DNA of 64,000 nt from Lama guanicoe (lineage: Eukaryota). This document shows positions 1-12,349 of the stretch, piece after piece (positions within the stretch are counted from its first letter, which is position 1; each line of letters begins with the position of its first letter). The stretch is from assembly GCA_013239625.1 (NCBI GenBank), contig MU054187.1:23374795-23438794 (forward strand), given 5' to 3'. Below the pieces are notes generated by a model. The model was given only the letters and a program-made list of their open reading frames with translations. It was not told where the DNA came from and made no database searches. Made by a program: the position numbers and the translations under genes.

Positions 1-100
1 CTGTAACTAATATACTCCATTTGATAAAAATAAATAAATAACAAGGCCCAAATAAATTCTTGGGCCACCAAGAGCTAGCTCCTCAAAAAAATAAAATAAA
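1..100 (+). mobile_element. 3' end and A-rich tail of a retroposon (probably L1) running in from the left
   Basis: tgtaactaatatactcca resembles the L1 terminal tgtaaatcaactatacttca, followed by two (aaat)n tracts. Confidence 0.45.
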
Positions 101-649
101 TGATCAAGGTCGTCACAAAGTCTGTGTAAACTATACCAATAGCTAATAATTCACAATAACATTGTCTTGTTTTATGGAATTTTTTTTTGGACCTCTATAA
201 TAATATGGCCTTGCTGTAATAACAAAGTGTCTGGTTTAAATTGCAGAAGAGTGAAATATTTTACTGCCTTATTAAGAATATGTCATAGGGTCAGAGATGT
301 CACAAGTTCAAAAGAGCTAAGATGAAATACAAATTGTGTATGTCAAGTGGTCCCTCTATGTTGCAGCTTTTTTTTTTAATAATATTCAAACTCCCTCCAA
401 GCATCCCAGCGTCCACATCCTAAAACAAACAAGAAAGGTTTATTAGAAGGATGCCAAGAGGAAGAACAATTGTGTAACCGTATTACCTAAATGTGCATGC
501 TGCCTATACAGCAAAGTCGCTAGCAATTAAAAATGGCTATTGGGGATGAAAGGTAAACTGAGACATCTATGTTTGTGTAGTAGAACAAATTGGACTTGAT
601 GGCAGTTATTATAACAAAGAATTTTTGCTGTTTCTATCATGGATACAGT

Positions 650-886
650 GAGTGGTGCTCTGGAGTTGGCTCCTACTGATTCACAAGAACTAACTGATAA
701 ATTTCAGGAATTTTGTGAGATGCTGTTGATCATTGCTAACTTCAAATTAGTCATGGTGGGAATAATTTATACCATGGAAATTGGCAAATACTACTACAAA
801 TTAGAGCTTGTTTTTTGTTGTGGTGGTGTTTTGTTTTGTTTTGTTCTTTTCCTTTCCAGAAAGCCATTTTACCATCACATCATCTG
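650..886 (+). mobile_element. MER63A-like hAT-Blackjack DNA transposon
   Basis: agtggtgctctggagttggctc...aaatttcaggaattttgtgag...catggtgggaataatttataccatggaaattggcaaat...tttaccatcacatcatctg follows the MER63A consensus end to end. Confidence 0.8.
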
Positions 887-3060
887 AACATTGAATTCAA
901 ACGTTTAAAAAACTAGACCAAAGTTTGATCTTGGATTCATATTTTCATAATTTTATAGAACTTACAGATGACAATTTAGATTCTGTTTGTTCTTTATTTT
1001 TACGTTCATAATTTGGGTTTTTTTTTGACCATCATCCAAAAAAGTCAGTAGCTTCCCTGCTCTCAAGTATGAATTTCATCCTGGTATAAGAAAAGTAAAA
1101 AGCAATTTTTGATTGGAAATCATTCTAATGCTCAATACAACAGATATTTTCAAAGACATCTTTTGAGCCAACATCAGTACCATCTGGATAACCTGTCACC
1201 ATATGCAGACAGGAAATTGCCATTTAGTAGTTTCTCTGAGAGGGGCAGTATAAAATATTATTAGTATTTAAAGTTAAGTGGCATTTGCATATTCAAAGTA
1301 GATATTATTTTCATATGTTACTCAATTCACTGACTATCTATCTTTTCCAGGAATTGTTTGAAAGAAAATGAAAATAAACTATTTTCTACAAATTCCTAAG
1401 TTTGTTACTTAGTCACTGAGATTTGCTGAATAGTAACATACAATTTTATCTTTAAAAGAAAAATCTAAAATATGAATATATACTTCTAGAATAAGTAAAA
1501 CAAAAAAGATCCCATCAGCACCTCTAAAAATATTCTGTTTATTTAAACTATCATATAGCTTTTATGAAAATTTTCTCCTGATCCAAGTTCTGAAATTGTG
1601 AAGAAAAGGATATTATTATTATTATTCACAGTGAAAAAAAGATTTCTGTTTCAATATTCAGCAGTCCATCTTGCCACTTTCTATTCCATATTTATTTTCC
1701 CTTTTACTGAGAATAAATTCCAAATGATGAGAGGGAAATTTTAAAAACTGGAACAGCAAAGTTTAACAGGGCATGCAGTGACAGATATAAACAGAGCTGT
1801 CATCTAGATAGATCTGTTTATGGTAACTAAATGTATCATTTCTTATGCAATGCCCGTCAGAAGATGAAGAACAATGAAAGAGGTTCAATCTTCATTGTTT
1901 TTACATGTGATTTATTATCATAAATAAAAGCAATTTACAGAAAGTAGTCAATTACTTTGTTAGGTACTTCCAAGTGATTCTGAGCTTTTAAAAACATCTA
2001 ATCTCTGAATGTTTGTTTCTCTGTTCTATTAGTACAAGAAATGAGGTATAAGGCAGTTTATAAGTGAATTTGGATACACTTTCCAATGTGTAATATGCAG
2101 TCAATATGTATGTGTAATATATGTGATATGCTGTCAGTATGTGCGCACATACATACGAAACAGCAAAACCACCATGCTTAAAACTATAAGCATTTGAACG
2201 AAGATTCCATATTGAGTGCACTCAAGTTCCCTTCCCCACCCAGCCTCCCCAAACTTTGCACATAGGAGCCTTTCAATAATCATTTTATGAAAGAAGGAAG
2301 CAATGAATAAGCAGTGAATGAAAAGCTATTCAAGGTTTGATTTTTTTCCCGTTAAAACACACCCCCACACACAAACTATGTCTTACAAACTCTCCATAGT
2401 ATTTTGTTTTAAAATGCTTCTCTAACTCAAGGCTAGCATCAATGGCAGCATTCATAAAACTGAATAATCAAAAAGTAGTCTGTAGAAAAAAAAATGATTC
2501 ATCATGTTGTGCTTCCGTACTCTTATTTTGGACAGTATCTTACCAGAATCGGTTCTACTTACAAGCAAAGCATCTAAGCTCCAGTCTCAGTGCCCTGGCT
2601 TCTAACTCTTGTGATAAGAGATGGGTAAACTTCTCTTTTGCTGTAAAGTTTTATCCTGTAGGGGATGAAAGAAACCTTAGTGTTGCAACTTGAACAGAGC
2701 TTTCTTGTAAAGCCTGTGAAAACACTTTATGTCCTGTAGGAATGGAGGAAAAATATCCTTTGAGGCCACAGGATCTCATTTTAGTGAACTACAGTGTCTC
2801 TTTCAGAGGATTATACACTATTTAACCATAGTCTTCAGATACACAAAGGAAGCTGTATGACTCAGAGAGTCCTTGTTTTCGTCGTGAACAGATCTAAAGG
2901 AGCTCTCCTCAGCTGAGGCCGGAAGCATTTAGCCTAATCAGGTAGCAGGCAAGTCTGTCAAAATATTTTTACCTTCTGTTTGTAACTGGTGACTCTATTC
3001 AGATAAGAAACATTAATCAAAAGATGCTGACTGAGTTAAGAAGATTACATTTAACTTAGA

Positions 3061-3142
3061 ATGACTGAATAATTGTGCTGTGCTTGGGAAATTGACAAAA
3101 CATCATAAACAGACTATAACTCAATAAAAAAATTTTTTTAAA
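3061..3142 (+). mobile_element. ~80 bp extremely 5'-truncated young L1 3' end
   Basis: actgaataattgtgctgtgcttgggaaattgacaaaacatcataaacagactataactcaataaaaaaa is homologous to the L1 tail at ~21975-22050; flanking repeats atttaacttaga (3049-3060) and atttaatttaga (3143-3154). Confidence 0.75.
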
Positions 3143-3229
3143 ATTTAATTTAGAGACTTACAAATTATATGAATACAAATACTAGGGGTACTAGTTTAGT
3201 TAAATTCTATTTCAACAATACTGATCTGC

Positions 3230-3415
3230 CTATGCTATTGCTCTTCTAAATTCATACTACTTTTTCAAGTCTCTGAACACTGAGGTGGGCTGTCCCCTCT
3301 ACCTGACATGTTTTCTTCTCTTTTATCTCCCTAGCATTCCATTTATTAAGGCTTTAAACCTCAGTTCAGATGTCATTTGCTCTGGTAAACCTTCCCTGAT
3401 TAACTCATCCCTCTT
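3230..3415 (+). mobile_element. L2 fragment
   Basis: ctcagttcagatgtcatttgctctggtaaaccttccctga matches the L2 3' region motif. Confidence 0.6.
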
Positions 3416-3605
3416 AAGGCATGATTGTTTATTTATTTATTTGTGATCAACTTTATTTTCTAAAGCAGTTTTAGGTTCACAACAAAGTTGAGTGGAAAGT
3501 ACAGGGAGTTCCCATTAGCAACCTGTCCCCTCCAACACACCCCTTCTTCCTCTATCAGCATACTGCACCAGGGTGGCACATTGCTATGGCCAATAAACCT
3601 ACATC

Positions 3606-4173
3606 TGTTACCCCAAAAGGGGTAGGGAAAGACCCCAGTTCTTGTCATACCTAAAAGATAAGAATTCAGACGGGAGATGAAGTGTTGTGTAGGTAAAGAT
3701 TTTAAAGGGTTTTTTAGCGAAGGGAAAGTACACCTCCAAGAAACGGAGGTGGGCTGATCCGAGGGCGGGTCACATCACCAGCTTGTGTATGGTCCCCTTT
3801 CTTATACTCTCACTTAGAGGTGGTCTCTTGATTGATGGATGACTTTTGCCTCTGGAGTGCTTAGTCATGTTTGTCTCCTTTGTGCATGTCCTTACCCACG
3901 ATGCACACAGAAAAACCCATGGTGGGAGGAAGGGCTAAATTGCAATGCTAATTATTATCACAATTAGCATTGATTGGGGCAAGTCCCATTAGGTCCTTGT
4001 CGCTACTGCACAGTCATGGCAGTCGGGTTCTAACCGATTTCTTGCTGGAACTCATTTAGAGGAAGTAAAGCCCCTTTATGCTGAAGGTAGGCATAACATC
4101 ATCTTCTGGACCATTCCCCCCTCCTCCACCTACCTGCCTGGTACCCCCACTTATCTAACTACCTTGCCTTACA
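3606..4173 (-). mobile_element. ERV1-class solo LTR (568 bp)
   Basis: TG...CA termini (tgttac...cttaca), 4-bp TSD catc/catc; minus strand has R/U5 motifs gtgtactttcc and tctgaattctt...gacaagaac. Confidence 0.85.
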
Positions 4174-4177
4174 CATC

Positions 4178-4826
4178 TGTTAGAGCAGGGAGAGAGCTAG
4201 CTATGAGCAGAGAAAGGGGAATGCAGGCCAAATGGTAGGAATTGGGCAGAAAGGAGGTCAAATGCAGGAAACCATACATCATGTAAGGACCAGGAGTCCC
4301 TGGGCAGAGAAAGAAAAGCAGGAACCTCTGGGCTGATAAGTGGTCACAACTTTGGCGGTGATAAGTGGCCCAGAGGCCAACAAAGGAAGGTGGGAAAAGG
4401 CTGGAATTTCTAGTGTCCAAATGTAACCTTTTGCTCATTATTCCACATTTCAAAAAAATTAGCCTTGCAGATCAGAAGTACCCATCATGCACTGACATCA
4501 TGACACTTCAGATACAGACTGAATAAGGACAAAAATCTCTCCTCCCTTTGGGAAGGTGGAGTTGATGTGAACATCAGGGAATATGACCCCAAACCCTTCC
4601 CTCCCCAATGAATATTCCGTCCCTTCATTTTTACACCCTATGTAACCAACTTGCCAAAGAAACTCGGGGCAGCTGCTCACCTGAGCCTGCCCGCTCTCCC
4701 CTTGGGAGTGTAATATCCATCCTTTTATAAATCCTCACTTAACTTTTTTAACCACTACATCTTGTCTCTGAATACTTCCTGGGACAGGACAAGAACCTGG
4801 AACACAAGTTACACCCACCAGCAACA
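4178..4826 (+). mobile_element. ERV1-class solo LTR (649 bp)
   Basis: tgttag...gcaaca termini, flanks catc/catt; R/U5 motifs gggagtgtaa and tctctgaatacttcc...gacaagaacc. Confidence 0.85.
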
Positions 4827-5434
4827 CATTGACACATCACAGTCACCCGAAGTCCATAATTTACATTAGTATTCACTCTTGATGTTGTACATTCTACAGA
4901 TTTTAACAAATGTAGCGTGGCATGTAACCACTACTGCGATTATATGGAATAGTTTTGCTGCCCTAAAAATACTTTGTGTTTCTCCTATTCATCTGTCCCT
5001 CCTCCCTGACCGCCAGCAACCAATGATTTTTTTTTTCAGTGTCTCCACAGTTTTACCTCTTTTGGAAGGTCATATAATTTGAATCACATGGTATGTCACC
5101 TTTTCAGATTGGCTTCTTTCACTTAGTAAGATGCATTTCAGGGTCCTTCCTGTCTTTTCACAGCTTGGTAGCTCCTTTACTTTCAGCAGTAAATAATAGT
5201 CCACTGTCTGTATAAACCTGTTTATTAAACATTTAACCTATGGAAGTACATCTTGGTGGCTTTGAAATTTGGGCAGTTATGAATAAACCTACTATAAACA
5301 TAAGTGTGTAAGTGTTTGTTGAATATTTATGGAAACAGCACAAACAAAATGAGTGCCTACTCTTTGGCAAGCTCTGTGGTAGATAATAGTATACACCTGC
5401 TATGACAGAAGCAAGACTTATGGGAAAATTATAA

Positions 5435-5887
5435 TGTCATCGAATGCAAGTTCATGTGCCTGATGCACTGTGAGACCAAACAAACCAAATTGTCGCCGTT
5501 TGGAGCAGAGAAAGGTTTATTGCAGGGCCAAGCAAGGAGGGTGGGTCATGCCCAAAAAACTCCAAATTCCCCAAAGGGTTTCAGCAAAGCATTTTTAAAG
5601 GCCAGGTAAGGGAGAGGGTCACACGGTTCAGGAGCATTCCATGCACAATTCTCTAATTGGTTGATGTTGAGGTAACGTGGTGATCAACACTATCAACCCC
5701 TCTTTGCCAGAAGGTCTGGGGGCCATGATCATCAAATAGTTAATTTCTTCCCTTTGGTGGTGGCTTTTAGTATCTGAAAAACTCAGGAAATATACATGGG
5801 ATACTATTATCTGGGTACTTCAGAGAGAAGCTGCCGCAGAGGATATGGGGAGGGCATCTGTCCTGGGAAGGGTCTTGCTGGGTTACA
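5435..5887 (-). mobile_element. ERV1-class solo LTR
   Basis: tgtcat...gttaca termini, flanks ataa/atga, reverse polyA signal tttatt in ggagcagagaaaggtttattgcagggcca. Confidence 0.8.
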
Positions 5888-6154
5888 ATGAGAAATATTA
5901 TTGAGAATATAATGAGAAATATAGAACCTCTCTGTAACAATAGATACCTTAGTCATCATCACCAAAGTACAATTGTAACAACAGCATACAGCACGTCTGT
6001 AGACAGACACATTGCCAAGGGCTTCACATGTATTGTGGCATTCTTAAAACTCATCATATAGTCAATGATTTCTAAAGGAAAGAAAGTCACAAACAGAAGA
6101 AATAGATCAACGTCATAAATATTCCTGAGACGCCAGCAAAAAAATAAAGTTTCA

Positions 6155-6290
6155 TCGGATTTTGTAATTGGAAGTTTATTGGTAAACTTTGGAAGAAAGT
6201 TTAAGTGGAGGGCTGGTAAGTAAAAGCTGGCTGCAGCAGGTTTAGGAGTGAAATGGAGATGAAAATATGGGAAGATAGCTGTCTTAAGAA
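6155..6290 (-). mobile_element. L2 fragment
   Basis: ggattttgtaattggaagtttattggtaaactttggaagaaagtttaagtggag resembles reverse L2 ORF2 region. Confidence 0.55.
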
Positions 6291-6304
6291 TCTTAAATAA
6301 TGGC

Positions 6305-6560
6305 AATAAAAATAATAAAAGCAGCAAACATTTTTCACATGTTTGCTATTTTCCAGGAACCGTTTCTGTATTTCAGATATTATTTCAACCATTTACATTT
6401 AATAGGTGACTTAATCCACACAGTAAAACTGTAGGGAAGTAGTGTCAGTGTCCACAATTTACAGATGAGAAAACAAGACTGAAGCATATAGAGGTTGAGT
6501 AATTCGCCCTACGAAACACGATCAGTCCTGGGTGAGCCCAGGCTACAGCCTCCGGCAGTC
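6305..6560 (-). mobile_element. MIR SINE
   Basis: core atttacagatgagaaaac...gaggttgagtaattcgccc. Confidence 0.75.
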
Positions 6561-7029
6561 AGCCGGCTTCCACTTCGCTATGCTGCCTCCTGGTCTATGG
6601 ATACATTCCTAGTTGAAAATTGCTTCTTTCCCTTTCAGGGCATCCAAGACATCCGAGGGAGCCTTGATTTGAGCATAATCTTCCAGCCCAAATTTGATGA
6701 TCATTCTTTTTCCCACCTTTTCAAGCAATCTCCATCCCCACGCAACAATTTTCCAAAGCAATTCCATCCTAATTTATCTTAGGCCATTTCTCAGCACCAT
6801 CTACAGACGATGTAATCTGACCATACTGTTTCTACTAGGAAACACCATTTCTAAAATCATAACAGACCTACAGCATGGTCCGTTTGGTGTTTTAAAAGCA
6901 AATATTTTATTGGTAGAATCCATGCGGGTCTAATTCACAGTGAATGTCTCTCCATAAGAGCTTACTTTTATTTAAAACATGCTTCACAAATATAAAATTG
7001 CATGATGTGGTGGCCAGCACAGCACAGAT

Positions 7030-7160
7030 CAGCTCAGCTCCACCACTTCCTGACCGTGAGATTTCAGGTAGATCTTACGCAGTTTGACAAGTCTTGTTTC
7101 AATTTTACAAAATAACCCATACATACTTCCTGATGAGGGCTGTAAATATTATAAAATATA
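7030..7160 (+). mobile_element. MIR SINE fragment
   Basis: ctcagctccaccacttcctgaccgtgagatttcaggta matches MIR 5' half. Confidence 0.55.
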
Positions 7161-7249
7161 AGTCAAGGGCAGGATTTGCAGCTTTTGTACAGCATCCCAT
7201 GGGTATTAAATTGAATTATATTACATGGAGTTCTGAGAGCATCCAGGCA

Positions 7250-7400
7250 CATGGTCTCAGTTGATCAATACAACAGCCTGATAAGTTGAGTCCCATTGTA
7301 CAGATGAAAATGTTGAAGCTCAGAGAAGTCAAGTGACTTAACTACAACTTCGAGAGCTAGTGACTTGAAGGAGTTAGAATCTAGCCCTGAATGAGTCTCA
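7250..7400 (-). mobile_element. MIR SINE fragment
   Basis: cccattgtacagatgaaaatgttgaagctcagagaagtcaagtgactt. Confidence 0.7.
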
Positions 7401-7469
7401 TAGTCAACAATGGCAGAGTGAGGTTCAAATGTATTGAAAGTTTCTGAAAAACAAAAGCAAAAACAAGCC

Positions 7470-7585
7470 ATATATATATATATAATATTCAATTATATAT
7501 AATATAATCATTATATAATATATATTTATTGTAATTATTATATAATATCATATTATAATTATGTTATATATATTCAATTGTATTA
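7470..7585. repeat. (TA)n-derived AT-rich low-complexity tract
   Basis: tatatatatatataatattcaattatatataatataatcattatataata... Confidence 0.9.
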
Positions 7586-9218
7586 CTTTTGAGTTCATTA
7601 TATTTATACAGATTTAATTTTTCTCTACAACTGCATTTTGTGTCAACTCTAAAAACCCATTTGAAAATATCTGAATTATTTAACATTTTTCTGTAAATTA
7701 CACTTCTCTGAATTGTACTTATAAAAGGTTTTGCAGAAGAAATAGCCCAATTAGTTTTTTATTTTCTTGAATATTTGCATCTTGTAGTGTTTCTTACAAT
7801 GTGCTGGTCCTTCTGTGTATTTTAAAATTAATATTAATAAGGCAGCCTCAAATGTAGTTGCAACTCCACACCCTTAATTGTCAATTTGTCTTCACTTGAA
7901 TAGTTGCAAAGGGTTTTTGTTTAGCTGTAATATTCACTGCTGGCCTCTGAAACAAAATAGATTTTCTTTATTTAAATGAAGAAGAATTCTGTATTTTGAG
8001 ATTTTATATATTCATTTTATGATGCTCAAATGCTTTCCCTTAGTGGGTAGTATATTCTGCTTTTTGCTGTTTCTCATTCCTTAAGGAAAGGACTTTCATT
8101 GCTAAGATAGTGAAAATGTTTATATATATAATAAAAATAATAACCATAAAGCTGCTTTAAAACAAAACAAATTCCACCCAAACATCTATGAATACTTCAT
8201 TAATATTACAATTACATGCAGTTTTTATACCTAAAAACCATCTAGATAAAAATGCAGTCATCTTAATTAGCAACACTATCAATTTGCATTAACCACATTA
8301 AATTTGCATAAAGGGGACAAAAAATTTGCCTCGTTTCTCATGTAAAAGGTTTAGCAATTACACTATGTTTGTAGGAAAATAATAAGCCCTGAAGAATTAT
8401 CCCTAGATATTTTTTTCCACTCCATATCAATCTTATTTTTAAAGAGCTCTCATTTTTTAATTTATATGTCTGAGAATCTTGAATTATCCAAATCACATCT
8501 TTTCTGCATTCCTGTTTTTCTTCTGCACATTTGAAAACTGTTTCCTGGTCACTTTTACCAAAAATGATAACTCAGCCGCGCTCTTTCTCAGCAGAGTTCT
8601 CTTCAGGACAGTTGCGAGTGTTGATACACACTTCTCAGCAGGACTTCGGGAGAGTATGTATCAGTTTCTCTTTCAAGGAGGGAACTGATTTAATTGGCAG
8701 AGTCATGATTAAACCTTCAAAACTCTGTTTAATTATTAAGATCAGTTTGACAATGTTTAGCTGACTTTCATTGAGCCCTCTTCTATCACAGTAACATAGA
8801 GTTCTGCTTTCAAGAGAGAATTCTGCATCACAGAAAGAAGCGCTGCTAGCCTTTGTAAAAAACAGAAAAAGGAACTCCTTCTGGGAGAAAAAGAGAGAGA
8901 GAGAGAGAGAAATGTGTCTCCCTTAGAGGACAGTGAACAATTAAAAAACGGTGCCCTCTGAAGCCAAGTCCTGGTGGGTGAGCGCAAGCTGGACCTCGCT
9001 CGGCTCTACCCCCCCTCAGTGAGGCGCTTTCAGACAGTGATCAGCCTGAACATGAACTTTCCAAATCATATTACTTTGGTGCAAATGCTTTTCTCAAAAT
9101 CAGGAAAGTAATACATTTTGTTGTTCTAAGATCCATAATGTTGATTCAAAATACTCTTTCTCCTTTCTAAAACAGCCTCATTTCTGGTCATCCTCAATAT
9201 GTGATTAGACTGTATTTT

Positions 9219-9385
9219 ATTTATTTTTTTTTCAGACTGTACTTTAAATTGCATCTCTTTTCTTTCTGGGGGTGGGGGCAATTTATTTATTTTATTTATT
9301 TACTTTTAGAGGAGGGATCAGGGATTGAACCCAGGACCTTGTGCATGCTAAGCATGCACTCTACGTCTTACGCTATACCCTCCCC
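9219..9385 (-). mobile_element. Camelid tRNA-derived SINE (Vic-1 type)
   Basis: reverse complement ggggagggtatagcgtaagacgtagagtgcatgcttagcatgcacaaggtcctgggttcaatccc (tRNA-like A/B boxes), then A-rich, C-rich and A-rich tail; TSD-like tgattagactgtatttt (9202-9218) / tgatcagaccgtacttt (9388-9404). Confidence 0.9.
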
Positions 9386-9459
9386 ACTGATCAGACCGTA
9401 CTTTTGAATGTTATTTGTAAGGTCATATTTTCCTACATAAACAATGTTGTGCATCACCT

Positions 9460-9640
9460 AGATTAGGCTTAATTCCAGGGACAGTATTACTCGTGTGTCA
9501 CCCTGGACAATTTTCTGTACATCTGTGATCTTCTGTCTCCAGCAAGAATGAAATAATGTGAACCCCACAGGGTTATTTTGAAGGTCAAATCAACAAGGTT
9601 GGTAAATGACCTAGCACAGTGTCTGATGTGTAGGGCAGAG
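9460..9640 (+). mobile_element. MIR SINE
   Basis: gtgtcaccctggacaa...cacagggttattttgaaggtcaaat...ctagcacagtgtctg. Confidence 0.65.
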
Positions 9641-11471
9641 ACACACCCAGGTTCTCATACCACATGGGTAGATGGATTCTTGAACACATCTTTCCCCTCA
9701 TACTCTGATGCTAATATATATATTTTTTGTCACTGTTACCATAACCCTCACAGCAACTTAGCACAATTCATTTTAATACCCTGTTTTAGTACATATCTTC
9801 TGAAGCCAGACCCTCAACAAGTGGTCTTTCTTATTAACAAGGAGGGGGGCTTAGAAAGAAAATAGAAAAAGGAGAAGGCAAGAAAAGAGTGAGAAATGTT
9901 CTTCCATTTCAGGTAACACTGCCGGTTGTAGACATTTTCAAACTATGTATCTCTGGAACCCCGATTTTTACATGCAAAAAAATTTTTTTTTGGCCCTTTT
10001 TCTCTGTCTTTAAGACCCTTTCTAATCGGCTTTAAGCTCTTTCCCCTAACTCTCAGATATTCAGGGTCCTGGTGTGACTTTAAGCCTCCCACTAAACCTT
10101 CCCAGAGAAGCCTCTCCTCAAAGTCTTACCTGTTCACCAATTCTTCAGAATGATCTTGTCCTGATAAAAGCCCTGATTCTTTCAAATAGTTGGTTTCAAC
10201 TCGGTATTTCATAGAAATTAGTTTATTGAACTGATTTATGTGAATATATGGGTGGCCCTTAACTCCATCACCCTACTTGTGTTTACTCTAGAAAGACGGG
10301 AAAGAGGTATACAAAAATGTTTTTAATTGATAGTCTTTCAGAGACTTATAACACAGCAAGGGGGAAAACACATACGTCAGAGAGAAATCTTGCCCAAGGG
10401 CCAGAAGAAGTGTCATCTTTAATCAAACCAAGAAATCCACCCCACGGCTCCAAGATCAGGTCCTCCAATTCTTTCTACTCTTCAAATGAAATCAATGTCA
10501 TCATCATCTACTTCCAAATCTTCAGCTTTTTTTTTTTAAAGCATCTTTGAATATTTGGTTGTTTTTTATACATTGACTCCCACTGAGAAGTCCCAGGAGG
10601 TTCCCAAGATGAAAGAAGCAAGTCTGAGCCATTTGTGTGACCATGTTGTCTGTAGAGTAGATGTTTATTACCCAAGGAACCTTGCTCTGTTCCAAAGCTA
10701 TGTTCAATAAGAGCACATTAAACCTCAGAACTGATTCTGCTGTTATGACACAAAGGCCTCATCTGACATCTCTTGGTCCACAGACCGTATGTAGTACTTC
10801 TTTAAGCTGCTCACTTACAAATTTCTGATTTCTGGAAAACTTCATGATGCACCTGCCATTATTCCTGGGCCCATGTAAATTGGCCCAGGGTTTTTGCTAG
10901 GAAAAAGAATCAAAGCATCTTGCGTATGATGCTCCATGAGTAGGGATGATTCATGAATTTGGTAAAGAAACAAAAAAGAATAATTGACACTATAAAAATA
11001 TGGTCAGTGGATGTTTTTAGTAACACACACTCAGTTGGGTTAGTAAATCGGCTTTCAACAGGGATCTCAAACAAAAGGGAAGCTGACACGATTGAGTGTC
11101 TACTCAGCAATTACTTTCTTAATTTCTTTTCCCTGAGGGACAACTATACCCAGTGAATTGCTGAAGCCCCATTAATTTGCTAGGCTACATTTGTGTTCTC
11201 AACGGTCTAATACAAATACCGTCAACTGAAAAAAATGAAGCGACTTTTAGCAGACCGGCATTTTGCGTCAGTGTACAAAGGTGGATAGATTACTGCCGTT
11301 CATTTAAAGTTCTTGGTTGTGTGTACATGTTATGTTGACTCGGAAGGACTCTCTGATACTCACAGCGTGTCAGCCACACTAAGATTTATTCACTGAGCTC
11401 CACGAGCAGGGCAGCTTTTCACTGCCAAGCCACTGAACAGGGGACACTTTCTGAGTGCCTGGACTCCTCTG

Positions 11472-11485
11472 CTGCCACCTGCTCT
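11472..11485 (-). promoter_or_regulatory. Candidate CTCF site
   Basis: reverse complement agAGCAGGTGGCAG matches 12/14 of CCASYAGRKGGCRS; motif only. Confidence 0.3.
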
Positions 11486-12349
11486 TCCTCTCCTTTGGCT
11501 TCCACTTAAGTCGCGTTGTTCCAGGGATGCTGGAACATGCTCAGTACCGTTTAGGGCAAGATTAATACTGTGAACTGACATGGCTTTCCTGGAAGTCTCT
11601 GCCTTGTCTCCTTAACACACTCCACTTACTCCCTTTAACATCTAATACCACCACTCATACAGCAGGGAAAAAGTCTCATTTCCTGTCTTTATGCAACCCT
11701 TCAGCTGAAAATTGCACAATTACTGAAACGTTCCTCACTTTTGAGACACGTATCATAATAAATAAATTATGAGAAGACAGACCTGAAAGGGAATTTAACA
11801 ATAAGATGGAAAGAAAAAATCTGGACGCTCCTAAGTCTATTTTTCCTGGCCCTGAATACTCACTCCATTTTATTGCTCTGTAAAATCCTCGGTTCTTAAA
11901 CTTGGCAGACTGGCCTTTTAATAAGCTAAATATTTCATTGATGGTAACTTGTGGAAACTCAAGGTGAAATGTTATGCATAACACAAGTGATTTGAGGGGC
12001 TTTGACTAGAAATTACTCCTAGTTAGAAGGAGCCTCTGTGGACTGCCCCATTCTCCGATGGCTTTCTACAAGTTCTCACTATCAGATGGCACAGTTAGAT
12101 GTACAAATCTGAAAAACATCTTTTTAATGATTCTCTATTAAAAGGATATTTACAAATCAAAGAAACACAAATCTGATACAAAGTTGACTGAAAAAAAGAA
12201 AGAAGGACAAAATCTCTTAGTAATTGTGGCTTCAAATAGAGAAAGTGGCAGGCACTTATGCTGGGCTCATTTTGGGTGCCGTGAACCCTAGTTCAGTTCA
12301 GAAGGCTGGGAAGGAAGGAAGGGCTGCTTCATCCACAAATGACAGTAAT

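Larger units (their letters stand above)
3445..5325 (-). mobile_element. L1MC1-like 3' end, split by two LTRs (3606-4826)
   Basis: agcagttttaggttcacaacaaagttgagtggaaagtacag...aacctacat | cattgacacatcacagtcacccgaagtccataatttacattag continues seamlessly across the LTR pair. Confidence 0.85.

Noticed and set aside
45..66. Hairpin ggcccaa-N8-ttgggcc
   Set aside because: 7-bp arms are expected by chance in 64 kb; it lies in a retroposon tail.
9011..9028. CTCF site ccccctcagtgaggcgct
   Set aside because: Mismatches fall in the most informative core positions.
9315..9385. tRNA gene
   Set aside because: The tRNA-like head has a degenerate A box and is followed by a SINE tail and TSD.
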